From IMG/VR virus record IMGVR_UViG_3300036520_000017, positions 1 to 39,772 of that record: a stretch of 39,772 nt of DNA; one strand, written 5' to 3'. The stretch is from a virus (Duplodnaviria > Caudoviricetes). The notes beneath the pieces were generated by a model. The model searched no databases, had not been told where the DNA came from, and was given only the letters and a program-made list of their open reading frames with translations. Numbering within the stretch: position 1 is the first letter of the stretch; each line of letters opens with the position of its first letter. The translations under genes and the position numbers were made by a program. Of this stretch, positions 15,190-24,952 are shown piece after piece.

Positions 15190-15588
15190 ATGCTCGATCT
15201 TCGTGAAGAGCAAATGGCGCATCACTTCACCAAGTGGCACATTGGTGGCTTGCCTTGTGCCGCTGTCATTCACCAGTTCAATGCTGTCGACCACGGCGAT
15301 CCGCATGATCATCCGTGGGGTTTCACCAGCTTCGTCATACATGGCGGCTATGTCGAGCAGGTGTTCCAACTGGATGGCTCGGCTGAGTTGATTGCTCGCG
15401 AGCCGGGACAAAGCTTCTACATCTCAGCCAAGCACATCCACCGCATTGTCGAGCTACCTGCTGGCGAATGCACCACGATCATCCTGCCTGGTCCACATGA
15501 GCAGACCAGCGGGTTCTACCAGTTCAGAGACGGGCGCACTTGGCACCGCTTCTGGAATGAGGCTGAGTTCCATGGCGTGGCGCGCTGA
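15190..15588 (+). CDS. Cupin-fold phage protein
   Basis: HDHPWGFTSFVIHGGYVE...HIHRI; GGAGG SD. Confidence 0.8.
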   Translation: MLDLREEQMAHHFTKWHIGGLPCAAVIHQFNAVDHGDPHDHPWGFTSFVIHGGYVEQVFQLDGSAELIAREPGQSFYISAKHIHRIVELPAGECTTIILPGPHEQTSGFYQFRDGRTWHRFWNEAEFHGVAR

Positions 15589-15939
15589 GTGGCTAAGCTC
15601 AAGGTACTCAAGCCCAGGATCACCAAGCTGCCGCCCCGCATTGCTACACCTCGTGAGGTGAGGGACACGAAGTACAGCCCAGATGCCACAGTCCGTGCCT
15701 GGTACAAGTCAGCACGCTGGAAGGCACTACGTCAGGCGGTACTGGTCCGCGATCTCTACACCTGCCAGCACACGGGCATTCTCCTAAGCGGTAAGGCGCC
15801 TGCACCCAACAGCCCAGTGGTTCACCATAAGGTGCCCCACAAAGGTGACGAGCAACTGTTCTGGGACATCGACAAACTCGAAGCCGTGTCAAAGGAATGG
15901 CACGACTCGGAAGCACAGGCACAGGAGAAGCGGGCATGA
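15589..15939 (+). CDS. Packaging-associated HNH endonuclease
   Basis: WKALR..VLVRDLYTCQ...VHHKVPHKGD..LFWD; upstream of terminase. Confidence 0.88.
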   Translation: MAKLKVLKPRITKLPPRIATPREVRDTKYSPDATVRAWYKSARWKALRQAVLVRDLYTCQHTGILLSGKAPAPNSPVVHHKVPHKGDEQLFWDIDKLEAVSKEWHDSEAQAQEKRA

Positions 15940-16178
15940 ACGACATTGAAGCGCACTTCGACGAGGTGAAGGTGGAAGATGGCGACGTGCTTGTCATCAC
16001 ATCGCCTCGTGCTCTGACCAGAGAGAGCGCGGATCGTGTTCGTGAAGCCGCAATGTCAGTGATCGATCGGCTAGGCGTTGAGGCAGATGTGCTCGTCCTC
16101 GACAATGGCTTGCAAGCCGCATTGCTCAAGACCTCGCAACTCCAGCAGATCGACCCTGAGCCTCCAATGACAGCCTAA
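15936..16178 (+). CDS. Hypothetical protein
   Basis: ATGA overlap; DGDVLVI...VLVLDNG. Confidence 0.65.
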   Translation: MNDIEAHFDEVKVEDGDVLVITSPRALTRESADRVREAAMSVIDRLGVEADVLVLDNGLQAALLKTSQLQQIDPEPPMTA

Positions 16179-16250
16179 GGGGGGCGGTCAAAAGTCCCCA
16201 AGGCCCTCTCCTTCCGGACCCGCGGCTCCCTCATGCAGAGATTTTTTCCT
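16179..16250 (+). other. Putative cos region
   Basis: GGGGGGCGGTCAAAAGTC...GACCCGC...GCAGAGATTTTTT between HNH and terS, as is typical of HK97-like cos phages; exact cut site unknown. Confidence 0.55.
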
Positions 16251-16288
16251 CTTGTTGAGTTTGCAACTGCAAACCAAGGTGCAAACCA

Positions 16289-16849
16289 TTGGCTAAAGGC
16301 AAGCAGAACAAGGCCATAGACTGGGCTGGCATCGAGCGCGATTACCGTGCTGGTGTGATGGGCGTCCGTGAGATTGCCCGCTGGTACGGCATCAGCGACA
16401 CAGCCATTCACAAGAAGGCCAAGGCGGAAGGGTGGGAGCGCAAGCCAAAACCCGAAGGTCCCTTCCAACAGTCCAAAGCGCAGCGCGCCGTTACGGCGGA
16501 GATCATCCCGCCGCCTTCCGTTAAGCCGGAGGACCTGGGCGATCGGGCCCGCGGCATTGCCGGCCGCATGCTGGATGAGCTGGACACAGTGACATCTCAT
16601 GCCGGCGAGCTCGAGGACATGATCTGCACCGAAGAGAGCGACCCGCGGCGGCGCCAGGCGCTGTTAAAGGCGCTGTCTCTCAGTGAGCGTGCTTCGACAC
16701 TGAAGAATCTGGCTACGGCCATGAAGACGTTGAACGAAGCCGCGGCGCCCGATGGCAAGAAGGCCGAACGGCAGCGCGCAGCTGAAGGCGTGGCGAACAA
16801 GTTTGGCATGCGGCAGGCGCCGCGGCTGGTTGCTGACAATACCAAATGA
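16289..16849 (+). CDS. terS: Terminase small subunit
   Basis: DWAGIERDYRAG...REIA..YGIS..AIHKKAKAEGW HTH; GKKAERQ C-terminus; precedes terL. Confidence 0.82.
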   Translation: MAKGKQNKAIDWAGIERDYRAGVMGVREIARWYGISDTAIHKKAKAEGWERKPKPEGPFQQSKAQRAVTAEIIPPPSVKPEDLGDRARGIAGRMLDELDTVTSHAGELEDMICTEESDPRRRQALLKALSLSERASTLKNLATAMKTLNEAAAPDGKKAERQRAAEGVANKFGMRQAPRLVADNTK

Positions 16850-18540
16850 AGGAATGGACAACTGCGCTGCCGGATTGGGAGCGCCGCATAGTCACCGGCC
16901 GGAGCTTGGTGCCGTTCAAGCCGCTGTTTCCCGAAGAGGCAGAAGAGGCCGTCCGTATCTTCAAAGAGCTTCGGATCGTAGATGCGGCGAACAGCCCAAC
17001 CTTTGGCGAAGCGTGCGAGCAGTGGGTGTTCGACTTCGTGGCTGCCATCTTCGGCGCTTACGACACCGACACCGGCCGGCAGATGATCCGCGAGTTTTTC
17101 CTGCTCATCAGCAAGAAGAACTCCAAGTCAACAATCGCCGCCGGCATTATGGTCACGGCGCTGCTGCTCAACTGGCGTAATTCGGAAGAGCTGCTGATCT
17201 TGGCACCGACCATCGAGGTGGCGCAGAACAGTTTCAAGCCCGCGGCTGCCATGGTCCGCGCTGATCCAGATTTGGAGGCTTTGCTCCACGTTCAGGATCA
17301 CCTGCGGACGATCACTCACCGGGTAAACAAGGCTGCCTTGAAGGTTGTTGCGGCTGATACCGACACGGTTTCAGGCAAGAAGGCGGGCAGGGTGCTCGTT
17401 GACGAGCTTTGGGTGTTCGGCAAGCGCCCGCATGCTGATGCGATGCTCCGCGAGGCCACCGGTGGCCTTGTGTCACGGCCAGAAGGATTCGTGATCTACC
17501 TGTCTACACAGAGCGACGAACCGCCAGCCGGCGTGTTCAAGGCAAAGCTGGACTACTACCGCGACGTTCGCGACGGCAAAATTGAGGATAGGAAGAGCTT
17601 CGGGCTGCTCTACGAATTTCCACCCAAGATGCTGGCGAGCGAAGCCTATCTGGAGCCGGAAAACTTCTACGTCACCAACCCCAATATGGGGCGGTCGGTT
17701 GATCAGGAGTGGCTTGAGGACGAACTGAAGAAGGCAGCCGATCCGGACGCTCGCCGCGTGTTCCTCGCTAAGCATCTGAACGTCGAGATCGGCATGAACC
17801 TGCGGGCAAACCGCTGGCCCGGTGCCGACTACTGGAAAAAGGGTGAGACTGCCGAGATTGGCTGCACCATGGAAGATCTCGGGACCTTCCTCGACATGTG
17901 CGAGGTGGTGGTGCCAGGGATCGACGGCGGCGGCCTCGATGACTTGTACGGGCTGACACTGGTCGGCCGCCACAAGGTCACAAAGGAATGGATTTCATGG
18001 ACCCATGCTTGGGCGCATGAAGGTGTTTTGGAGCGGCGCAAGAGTATTGCGGCTAGGCTGCAGGACTTCAAGAAAGCGGGCGAGCTGACCATCGTCAGCG
18101 ATGAACTCGAAGACATTTCTTCGATCGTAGAAATCATCCGCGACGTCAAAGAGCGCGGGCTGCTTGCCTGCGTAGCAGCTGACGCCGCCGGCCTCGGTGA
18201 AATGGTCGAGCAATTGGCGGAGATCGGCGTTACCGCAGAAGACAATACCATTATTGGCGCCCCTCAGGGCATCATGATGATGAACGCCATCAAGACGACT
18301 GAACGCCGGCTCGCAAACGGGACGTTCAAGCATGGCCCTTCAGCGATGATGGCCTGGTGTGTTGGCAATCTGAAGATTGAAGCGACGGCAACGGCGATCC
18401 GGGCGACCAAGCAGAACGCTGGTGACGCCAAGATCGACCCGATGATGGCCTTGTTCAACGCTGTGACGGTGATGGTCCGCAACCCTGAAGCTCGAGGCGG
18501 TCCTTCCGTCTACGAAGAACGCGGAATGAGGATGATCTAG
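16846..18540 (+). CDS. terL: Terminase large subunit
   Basis: Walker A SKKNSKS, Walker B VLVDEL, nuclease GIDGGGLDD and KIDP. Confidence 0.96.
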   Translation: MKEWTTALPDWERRIVTGRSLVPFKPLFPEEAEEAVRIFKELRIVDAANSPTFGEACEQWVFDFVAAIFGAYDTDTGRQMIREFFLLISKKNSKSTIAAGIMVTALLLNWRNSEELLILAPTIEVAQNSFKPAAAMVRADPDLEALLHVQDHLRTITHRVNKAALKVVAADTDTVSGKKAGRVLVDELWVFGKRPHADAMLREATGGLVSRPEGFVIYLSTQSDEPPAGVFKAKLDYYRDVRDGKIEDRKSFGLLYEFPPKMLASEAYLEPENFYVTNPNMGRSVDQEWLEDELKKAADPDARRVFLAKHLNVEIGMNLRANRWPGADYWKKGETAEIGCTMEDLGTFLDMCEVVVPGIDGGGLDDLYGLTLVGRHKVTKEWISWTHAWAHEGVLERRKSIAARLQDFKKAGELTIVSDELEDISSIVEIIRDVKERGLLACVAADAAGLGEMVEQLAEIGVTAEDNTIIGAPQGIMMMNAIKTTERRLANGTFKHGPSAMMAWCVGNLKIEATATAIRATKQNAGDAKIDPMMALFNAVTVMVRNPEARGGPSVYEERGMRMI

Positions 18541-18543
18541 CGC

Positions 18544-19824
18544 ATGGGCATCTTCGACTTCTTCCGCCGTGACACAACAGCCGCGGCACGCCAAGAGCCT
18601 CGCGCCGACGTCGGTCAGGGTGGTGTGTTCATCTCTATGGATGATCCGCGGCTAATCGAGCTGATGCGCGACGGCAATGCTTCCGCGTCTGGCGCGACTG
18701 TGAATGTAGAGAGCGCCATGAGGAACACATCGTTGTTCCGAGCTGTGTCGCTGATCTCCTATGCGATCGGCATGCTGCCGTTGCAGGTGATCAATGAGGA
18801 AACCAAAGAGAAGGCGACAGGTCATCCGGTCTACCGCCTGCTCCATCGCGAGCCGAACAACTATCAAACTGCCTTCGACTTCCGGACGTTGATGCAACTG
18901 CGGGCTCTGGTGAAGGGCAATGCTTACGCGCTGATCATTCGGTCAGTCGACGTCCGCTCTGGCCTGACCAAGATCTCGCGGCTGGTGCCGCTGGATCCCG
19001 ACAAGATCACCCTCATCCAGAACGCAGACTGGTCTATCAGCTACAAGTATGAGCCCGGCAAGGGTGGGCACCGCATCTACCGCTCGGACGACATCTTCCA
19101 CCTTCGCGGTCTGTCGCTCGATGGGATCAGCGGGTTATCGCTGGTGAAGCAAGCGCGGGATGCGATTGGGCTCTCAATCAGCGCTGAACTCGCAGCTGGG
19201 CGCCTGTTTAAGAACGGCGCATTTGTTGGCGGGATGCTCAAGCATCCGGGCAAGTTGTCGGATCCGGCTTTTGAACGGCTTAAGCAGAGCATGGCCGAGA
19301 AGGAAGGTGCGGAAAACGCTGGCAAGACGCTCATCGGCGAAGAAGGTCTTGAGTGGGTGAACATCGGGCAGAACGCCCGTGACGCTCAACTCACCGAATT
19401 TCGCAAGATGCAGGTCGAGGAAATTGCCCGTGTCACTGGTGTTCCTCGCCCACTCCTGATGGTCGACGAAACCAGCTGGGGTTCGGGCATCGAGGCTCTT
19501 GGCCGGTTCTTCGTGCAGTATGCTCTCGGCCCCTGGTTCGAAGCATGGCAGCAAGCCGCTGAGCGCTCGCTCCTGGTCGGTGCCGAGAAGGACGCTTATT
19601 CGGTCAAGTTCAATCCAGGAGCCTTGTTGCGAGGTTCTACCAAGGACCAGGCCGACTTCTTTGCCAAGGCTCTTGGCGCCGGTGGCGCGCCAGGTTGGAT
19701 GTCTCAGAACGAGGTTCGCGACATCCAAGACATGCCAGAAACTGCTGATGGAGACACCGTCAGCAAGGGTGCCATGGGTGCCAAGCCTGTCAACGATAAC
19801 GGAGGCCAAGATGGCCAAGCGTAA
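18544..19824 (+). CDS. Portal protein (HK97 family)
   Basis: EPNNYQTAFDF, IFHLRG.SLDG..GLS, EIARVTGVP, MSQNEVR. Confidence 0.96.
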   Translation: MGIFDFFRRDTTAAARQEPRADVGQGGVFISMDDPRLIELMRDGNASASGATVNVESAMRNTSLFRAVSLISYAIGMLPLQVINEETKEKATGHPVYRLLHREPNNYQTAFDFRTLMQLRALVKGNAYALIIRSVDVRSGLTKISRLVPLDPDKITLIQNADWSISYKYEPGKGGHRIYRSDDIFHLRGLSLDGISGLSLVKQARDAIGLSISAELAAGRLFKNGAFVGGMLKHPGKLSDPAFERLKQSMAEKEGAENAGKTLIGEEGLEWVNIGQNARDAQLTEFRKMQVEEIARVTGVPRPLLMVDETSWGSGIEALGRFFVQYALGPWFEAWQQAAERSLLVGAEKDAYSVKFNPGALLRGSTKDQADFFAKALGAGGAPGWMSQNEVRDIQDMPETADGDTVSKGAMGAKPVNDNGGQDGQA

Positions 19825-20692
19825 CCTGCGCGTCTATGCCAAGGCTCGCCCTGGCGCTATGCCATTGCCAGCCAGCCGAGACGTGTCGGCACTGACGAAA
19901 CCTCAAGTGTTTGAGAAGTGGTCGGCGGACGCAGCCGGCGTGCGGCCCGCAGCGCTAGAGCAGGGCGATGCCGTGATCACCATGTTCGATGTGGTGGGGG
20001 AAGACTTCTGGTCTGGTGGCGGTATCACAGCTAAGAAGGTCGCTGCTCAGCTTCGCGCCATTGGCGATCGGCCGGTGGAGGTCCAGATCAATTCGCCAGG
20101 TGGCGATATGTTCGAAGGCATCGCGGTCTACAATGTGCTGCGCGAGCATCCCCAGCCGATCACTGTGAAGGTCATGGGCATGGCCGCTTCTGCGGCTTCG
20201 ATAATTGCCATGGCTGGCGACACCATCGAGGTCGGCGCCGCATCCTTCATCATGATCCACAACTGCTGGGTGCTCGCTATGGGCAACCGGCACGACATGC
20301 GCGAAACAGCCGAGTTCCTTGAGCCCTTCGACCAAGCCATGGTCGATGTCTACGCGCAGCGATCTGGGCAGGACGCCAAGAAGATCGCGAAGTGGATGGA
20401 CGATGAAACTTTCATGTCCGGCTCTACAGCCATCGAGCGCGGCTTTGCCGATGCTCTGCTGAGCGCGGACGCCATGAAGGTCGATGACAAAGCCCAGGCG
20501 CGCGATCGTGAGGTCAACGACCTCCGCGCGCTGGAGCTTCAACTGGTTTCTGCGGGACACACGCGCTCTGAAGCGCGAGCCCGCATCAACAGGATCAAGG
20601 GCACGCCAGGCGCTGCCCAAGATAATGCCACGCCTGGCGCTGGCGCCGATTGGTCGGGTCTATCCGGCCTCCTAGCAACGCTTCAATCCTAA
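19811..20692 (+). CDS. ClpP-type prohead maturation protease
   Basis: INSPGGDMFEG, AASAASIIAMAG, IMIHN; GGAGG SD before ATG 19811. Confidence 0.95.
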   Translation: MAKRNLRVYAKARPGAMPLPASRDVSALTKPQVFEKWSADAAGVRPAALEQGDAVITMFDVVGEDFWSGGGITAKKVAAQLRAIGDRPVEVQINSPGGDMFEGIAVYNVLREHPQPITVKVMGMAASAASIIAMAGDTIEVGAASFIMIHNCWVLAMGNRHDMRETAEFLEPFDQAMVDVYAQRSGQDAKKIAKWMDDETFMSGSTAIERGFADALLSADAMKVDDKAQARDREVNDLRALELQLVSAGHTRSEARARINRIKGTPGAAQDNATPGAGADWSGLSGLLATLQS

Positions 20693-20702
20693 GAGGACCA
20701 TT

Positions 20703-21983
20703 ATGAAGCATTTCCCCGCGCTTGCCCTTCTGGCGAGCTCGACGGCGCTCGCCCCTTTGCCGCGCGCTGTCACTGCTGTTGGCGTTCGCGCTGACAACAA
20801 CGACCCTACTGTGATGATCAATGCGCTGAACCGCGCATTCGAAGAGTTCAAGGCGGCTCACGACGAAAAGCTGAAGGGCAAGGCTGACGCCGTGCTCGAC
20901 GAGAAGGTTTCTCGCATTGATGCTGCCGTGGGCAACTTCCAGGCCGTCGTCGATGACCTCAACGCGAAGATCGCCGCTGCTGGTGTCGGTCATGGCGTCA
21001 TTGGTGACCTGCCTGCCGATCCCGCTTATGTGGAAGCCTTCAAGGCTCACATGCGCAAGGGCGACAACGCCGGCCATGAGGTCCAGGCCGCCATGACCAA
21101 GGGCACTGACGCGGATGGCGGCTTCCTTGCTCCTGTGGAGTGGGATCGCACCATCACTGGCAAGCTCAAGCAGGTTTCGCCCATTCGTGCGAATGCTCGA
21201 GTGATCAGCACCACGGTAGCAGGCTTCAAGCGCCTCTACACCGATCGTGCGGTCGGGTCTGGCTGGGTTGGTGAAACTGCATCGCGCCCAGCCACCTCCA
21301 CGCCTCAGATCGGATCGCTAGACTTCCCACTGGGTGAGATCTACGCCAATCCGGCTATCTCCCAGCAGCTGCTCGACGATGCGGCCATCGACCTCGAAGG
21401 CTGGTTGGCTGATGAGGTAGACACCGAGTTCGCCCGTCAGGAAGGCATTGCTTTCCTCTCAGGCAACGGCACGAACAAGCCACATGGCATCCTGACCTAT
21501 GTGGAAGGCGCTGCAAACGCGGCTCGCCATCCATGGGGCGCCATCCCAGTGGTGAACAGCGGCGCTGCTGCTGCCCTCACGGCAGACGGCTTCATTGACC
21601 TGTTCTACAGCCTGCCCAGCGAGTTCCGCGCCAATGCGAAGCTCTACACTGCCCGCGGTTCGCAGGCGGCGATGCGCAAGCTTAAGGACGGCCAGAACAA
21701 CTACCTCTGGCAGCCGAGCTTCCAGGCGGGTCAGCCGGCCACCCTGGCAGGCGAGCAGATCGTCGACATCCCTGATATGCCTGCCGTAGGCGCCGGTAAC
21801 ATCGCCGCTCTCTATGGTGACATGTACCAGACCTACCTGGTCGTTGATCGTGTTGGCATTCGCGTCCTGCGCGACCCCTTCACCAACAAGCCTTTCGTGC
21901 ACTTCTACACCACGAAGCGTGTTGGCGGTGGCGTCGACAACCCAGAAACGATGCGAGCTCTGAAGGTCGCAGCGAACGCATAA
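20703..21983 (+). CDS. Major capsid protein (HK97 fold)
   Basis: DGGFLAP, WVGET..RP.T, SQQLLDDA, G.GTNKPHGIL, KLKDGQNNYLWQP. Confidence 0.96.
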   Translation: MKHFPALALLASSTALAPLPRAVTAVGVRADNNDPTVMINALNRAFEEFKAAHDEKLKGKADAVLDEKVSRIDAAVGNFQAVVDDLNAKIAAAGVGHGVIGDLPADPAYVEAFKAHMRKGDNAGHEVQAAMTKGTDADGGFLAPVEWDRTITGKLKQVSPIRANARVISTTVAGFKRLYTDRAVGSGWVGETASRPATSTPQIGSLDFPLGEIYANPAISQQLLDDAAIDLEGWLADEVDTEFARQEGIAFLSGNGTNKPHGILTYVEGAANAARHPWGAIPVVNSGAAAALTADGFIDLFYSLPSEFRANAKLYTARGSQAAMRKLKDGQNNYLWQPSFQAGQPATLAGEQIVDIPDMPAVGAGNIAALYGDMYQTYLVVDRVGIRVLRDPFTNKPFVHFYTTKRVGGGVDNPETMRALKVAANA

Positions 21984-21988
21984 CAAAC

Positions 21989-22015
21989 GAAGGCGGGCGA
22001 CCGCCTTCTGCTTTC
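21989..22015 (+). terminator. GNRA hairpin after the capsid gene
   Basis: GAAGGCGG-GCGA-CCGCCTTC followed by TGCTTT. Confidence 0.55.
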
Positions 22016-22041
22016 CCGCAACAAAGCTTTAGGAGGCCAGC

Positions 22042-22341
22042 ATGGCCACAAAGAAGCAGACCCCAGCCACTTCAGCACCCGACAAGGGTTCAGAGCAGGC
22101 AAACATCGCCGGCGCTACCGAGTTCGATCCCTCTGGCGCTCCGATCCAGACCGTCTCTGACATCGATCCGAGCCACCCGGCTGTCGACGACAATCCCCGC
22201 AAGGGCACTACCGTCGATCAGAACCGCATAGACTTCAACGATCCAACCAAGACCGGCGCCGAGGCGGTGGTGGAGAACCTGCGCGAGCAGGGGCAGGACG
22301 TGAAGGCCGAAGCATCTGAAGACCAGAAGCAGGACGAATAG
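22042..22341 (+). CDS. Conserved head-region hypothetical protein
   Basis: AGGAGG SD; HPAVDDNPR..T...QNRIDFNDP. Confidence 0.8.
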   Translation: MATKKQTPATSAPDKGSEQANIAGATEFDPSGAPIQTVSDIDPSHPAVDDNPRKGTTVDQNRIDFNDPTKTGAEAVVENLREQGQDVKAEASEDQKQDE

Positions 22342-22344
22342 ACC

Positions 22345-22647
22345 ATGGGCAACGTCGTCATCGCCACTCTTGGCCCGCTCTACTCCATCGATGAGGTGAA
22401 GCTGCACCTGCGCGTCGAGAGCGACGATGACGACGAGCTCATCGAGGCCATGATGGATGCTGCCGAGCAGCAGGTGCTTCAGTACTGCAACATCTCCCTG
22501 GTCCCGTATGGCAAGGAAGCGACGTTCAAGGTCGCTGCCCTCATGGCTATTTCAGCCATGTATGACAATCGGTCCGGCTCTGCCGAAGCCATTTTACCAG
22601 CATCTGCAAAGACGCTGATCAACCCATATCGCTGGCTGCGCGTCTGA
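22345..22647 (+). CDS. Head-tail connector (HK97 gp6-like)
   Basis: DEVKLHLRVE...DDELI, YDNR, LINPYR. Confidence 0.9.
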   Translation: MGNVVIATLGPLYSIDEVKLHLRVESDDDDELIEAMMDAAEQQVLQYCNISLVPYGKEATFKVAALMAISAMYDNRSGSAEAILPASAKTLINPYRWLRV

Positions 22648-22997
22648 TGGACTCGGGCCCCCTTGACCGCAAGATCACTCTCGAGCGGTTCAGCACCACC
22701 TACAACGAGTTCAACGAGCCGTTTGAGGGTTGGGCAACACTGGCTGTCCGTTCCGCCTCGAAGGATGACGTCAGTGACGGCGAGAAGCTCCGGGCTGCTC
22801 AGGTCGGCGCTACCATCACCAGCCGTTTTCGTGTGCGCTATGACAGCGTAACTTCGACGCTCACCGCTGCCGATCGCCTGACCTATGAAGGCAAGCAGTT
22901 CTCTATCGTCGGCACCAAAGAGATCGGCCGGCGCGAAGGTATCGAGATCACTGCATCCGTGCCGAACGACAACCTGCAGCCCGAGCCGACACCGTGA
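22647..22997 (+). CDS. Head closure / head-tail adaptor (SPP1 gp16-like)
   Basis: G.LDRKITLER, FRVRY, DRL.YEG..F.I. Confidence 0.9.
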   Translation: MDSGPLDRKITLERFSTTYNEFNEPFEGWATLAVRSASKDDVSDGEKLRAAQVGATITSRFRVRYDSVTSTLTAADRLTYEGKQFSIVGTKEIGRREGIEITASVPNDNLQPEPTP

Positions 22998-23434
22998 AGA
23001 TGCGCGTGGACTTTGTGGGTGGCAAAGAGCTTGACGCTGCCCTTAATCAGTTCACGCCGTCCAAGCGCCGCGCCATTGGCCGTGTGGCGCTGGACAACGC
23101 TGGCGAGATCATGGCCCGCGCTGCGCGTGGCTTGGTGCCGGTTGATACCGGCGGACTCCGCGAGAGCATCGACGTGTCTGGCACACTCAGCAAGCGTCAG
23201 AAGTCGCAGCACACCAAGGCAGCCGAGCAAGAACGGTTCATTGGCCCGGATAGCCGGCCACAAGGTCACTTGAGGGAGTTCGGTGGGGACGGCAACGCGC
23301 CATCCCCATTTATGCGCCCAGCCTTCGATCAGACCAAAGATCAGGTGAAGGACCGCATAGGCGATGAGCTTTGGATCGGCATCGACAAAGCGGTTAAGGC
23401 CGCTGCCAGGAAGGCGCTGAGGGCCAAGAAGTGA
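22994..23434 (+). CDS. HK97 gp10-like neck protein
   Basis: VPVDTGGLRESI, EFG...PFMRPAFD. Confidence 0.9.
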   Translation: MKMRVDFVGGKELDAALNQFTPSKRRAIGRVALDNAGEIMARAARGLVPVDTGGLRESIDVSGTLSKRQKSQHTKAAEQERFIGPDSRPQGHLREFGGDGNAPSPFMRPAFDQTKDQVKDRIGDELWIGIDKAVKAAARKALRAKK

Positions 23435-23826
23435 TGCAGCAAGTCCTCGCCAATCTTCTTCTTGCCCATGCTCCGCTTCAGGCGCTCATCGGTAACCGAA
23501 TCCATTGGGACACCATGCCTCAAGGATCGGCACTGCCGAGCGTCGTCATGTTCGCCGTCTCCGGCGTTACAGACTACACCTATTCCGGAGCAAGCGGGTA
23601 CGTTCTGACGCGCGTTCAGTTCGACAGCCGTGGTCAGACAGCGGCGCAGGCTCGATCTGTGGCCAACGCCCTGCGGGACCGCCTCTCGGGCTTCAGCGGC
23701 CTTTATTCTGGCTACAAGTTCCAAGGCTGCTTCGAAGAAAGCCAACGGACGAGGTTCGACAAGGACAGCACCTTGAGCTGGTTCACAGACAGCCGAGACT
23801 ACACCATCCATTGGGCTCCGGCCTGA
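23431..23826 (+). CDS. Tail terminator (DUF3168-like)
   Basis: NRIHW...PQG..LP, RVQFD; position. Confidence 0.85.
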   Translation: MMQQVLANLLLAHAPLQALIGNRIHWDTMPQGSALPSVVMFAVSGVTDYTYSGASGYVLTRVQFDSRGQTAAQARSVANALRDRLSGFSGLYSGYKFQGCFEESQRTRFDKDSTLSWFTDSRDYTIHWAPA

Positions 23827-23882
23827 TCTAGCCCAACTGCGCCGATGGGCTGGCGCTTTCCTGACATTGTTGGAGAAGTTCA

Positions 23883-24311
23883 ATGACTGAAGCGGCCATC
23901 GGCTACGGCAGCAAGTATGCTATCTGGGATGCGAATGCCGGCCCTGCAGCCTTTGTCGAGATTGCCGAAGTGATCAACATCACGCCTGGCGAAGCGACTG
24001 CTGATCGCGTGGATGCTACGCACATGCAGAGCCCAGGGCGCCGCCGTGAGTATATCAGCGGCTTGATCGACAATGGCGAAGCGTCGTTTGAGATCAACTG
24101 GGTGCCAGGCTCGGAAACCGATGAGTTGATCCGTGGACTGTTCGCCTCTGGCGATGTCGTCCAGCATCGGATCACCTTCCCAGGCGGCGTTACACTGACT
24201 TACGATGCCTCCATCATCGGCTACAGCAAGGTGATCCCCATCGATGACCGCATGACGGCAACGATCACTGTTGCTGTGTCCGGTGCGGAGACATGGGGCA
24301 CGACTCCATAA
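23883..24311 (+). CDS. Tail tube (major tail) protein
   Basis: DATHMQSPG..REYISGLIDNGE; ATITVAVSG. Confidence 0.9.
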   Translation: MTEAAIGYGSKYAIWDANAGPAAFVEIAEVINITPGEATADRVDATHMQSPGRRREYISGLIDNGEASFEINWVPGSETDELIRGLFASGDVVQHRITFPGGVTLTYDASIIGYSKVIPIDDRMTATITVAVSGAETWGTTP

Positions 24312-24680
24312 ATGGCTAACCCGCTGAAGGGGGAAGTTGACTTCCCCGTTGGAGCGCAGACCTATCGCCTGCGCCTGTCTATCAACCAGCTGATCGAAGT
24401 CGAGGAGCTTACCGGCCTCGGCATTGTTCAGCTGGCGAGTGCTTTCAACGATGTCGAGACGTTGAAAGCTGGAAATGTCCGAGCCGTGCTCTGGGGAGCG
24501 CTGCGCGAGCACCATCCTGACGTCGATCTGATGAAGGCTGGCGAGATCATGGCCGAGGCTCGGCTTCAGACCACGATCAAATTCGTTGGCGAAGCTCTAC
24601 AGGCCGCTTTCCCTCCGCCGGAGGGTAAGGAGAGCCCTTCTCCGAAACGGCAGCGGGCTGGGACTGGGAAAGCCTCCTAG
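24312..24680 (+). CDS. Tail assembly chaperone (G-like)
   Basis: ANPLKGEV...LRLSIN...EE; follows tail tube. Confidence 0.85.
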   Translation: MANPLKGEVDFPVGAQTYRLRLSINQLIEVEELTGLGIVQLASAFNDVETLKAGNVRAVLWGALREHHPDVDLMKAGEIMAEARLQTTIKFVGEALQAAFPPPEGKESPSPKRQRAGTGKAS

Positions 24681-24688
24681 TTACCTAC

Positions 24689-24952
24689 ATGTCCGTTGCC
24701 GGGTATGATGCTGGCAGCTTCTGGCGGCTGACCCCGCGGGAGCTGTCACGGACGTTCAAAGCGTTTTCAGAACGCCGGATCTACGAGCGGAACGAGCGGA
24801 CTACCCAGGCCTATTTCGCCGCGGTGATCCCGCTAATGAAGAAGATCCCCAAGCTCGAAAAGCTGCTGGTGACCAAGCCACATGCGCGCCAACAATCCGG
24901 CGAGCAGCAGTTGGCGATTGCTAAGGCATGGATGGCGAGCAGGAAGCGTTAG
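24689..24952 (+). CDS. Tail assembly chaperone C-terminal (T-like) ORF, probably reached by -1 frameshift
   Basis: FWRLTPREL motif; -1 frame open from 24629 encodes WDWESLL. Confidence 0.75.
   Translation: MSVAGYDAGSFWRLTPRELSRTFKAFSERRIYERNERTTQAYFAAVIPLMKKIPKLEKLLVTKPHARQQSGEQQLAIAKAWMASRKR

Noticed and set aside
19499-19810. N-terminal extension of the protease ORF in the track
   Set aside because: Overlaps the portal; GGAGG SD supports ATG 19811
24608-24614. In-phase T-TTC-CCT heptamer
   Set aside because: A -1 slip here meets TAA at 24626-24628
24666-24672. GGGAAAG, identical to the lambda G/GT slippery sequence
   Set aside because: Read as GGG-AAA-G in the chaperone frame, the wrong phase for a -1 X-XXY-YYZ slip
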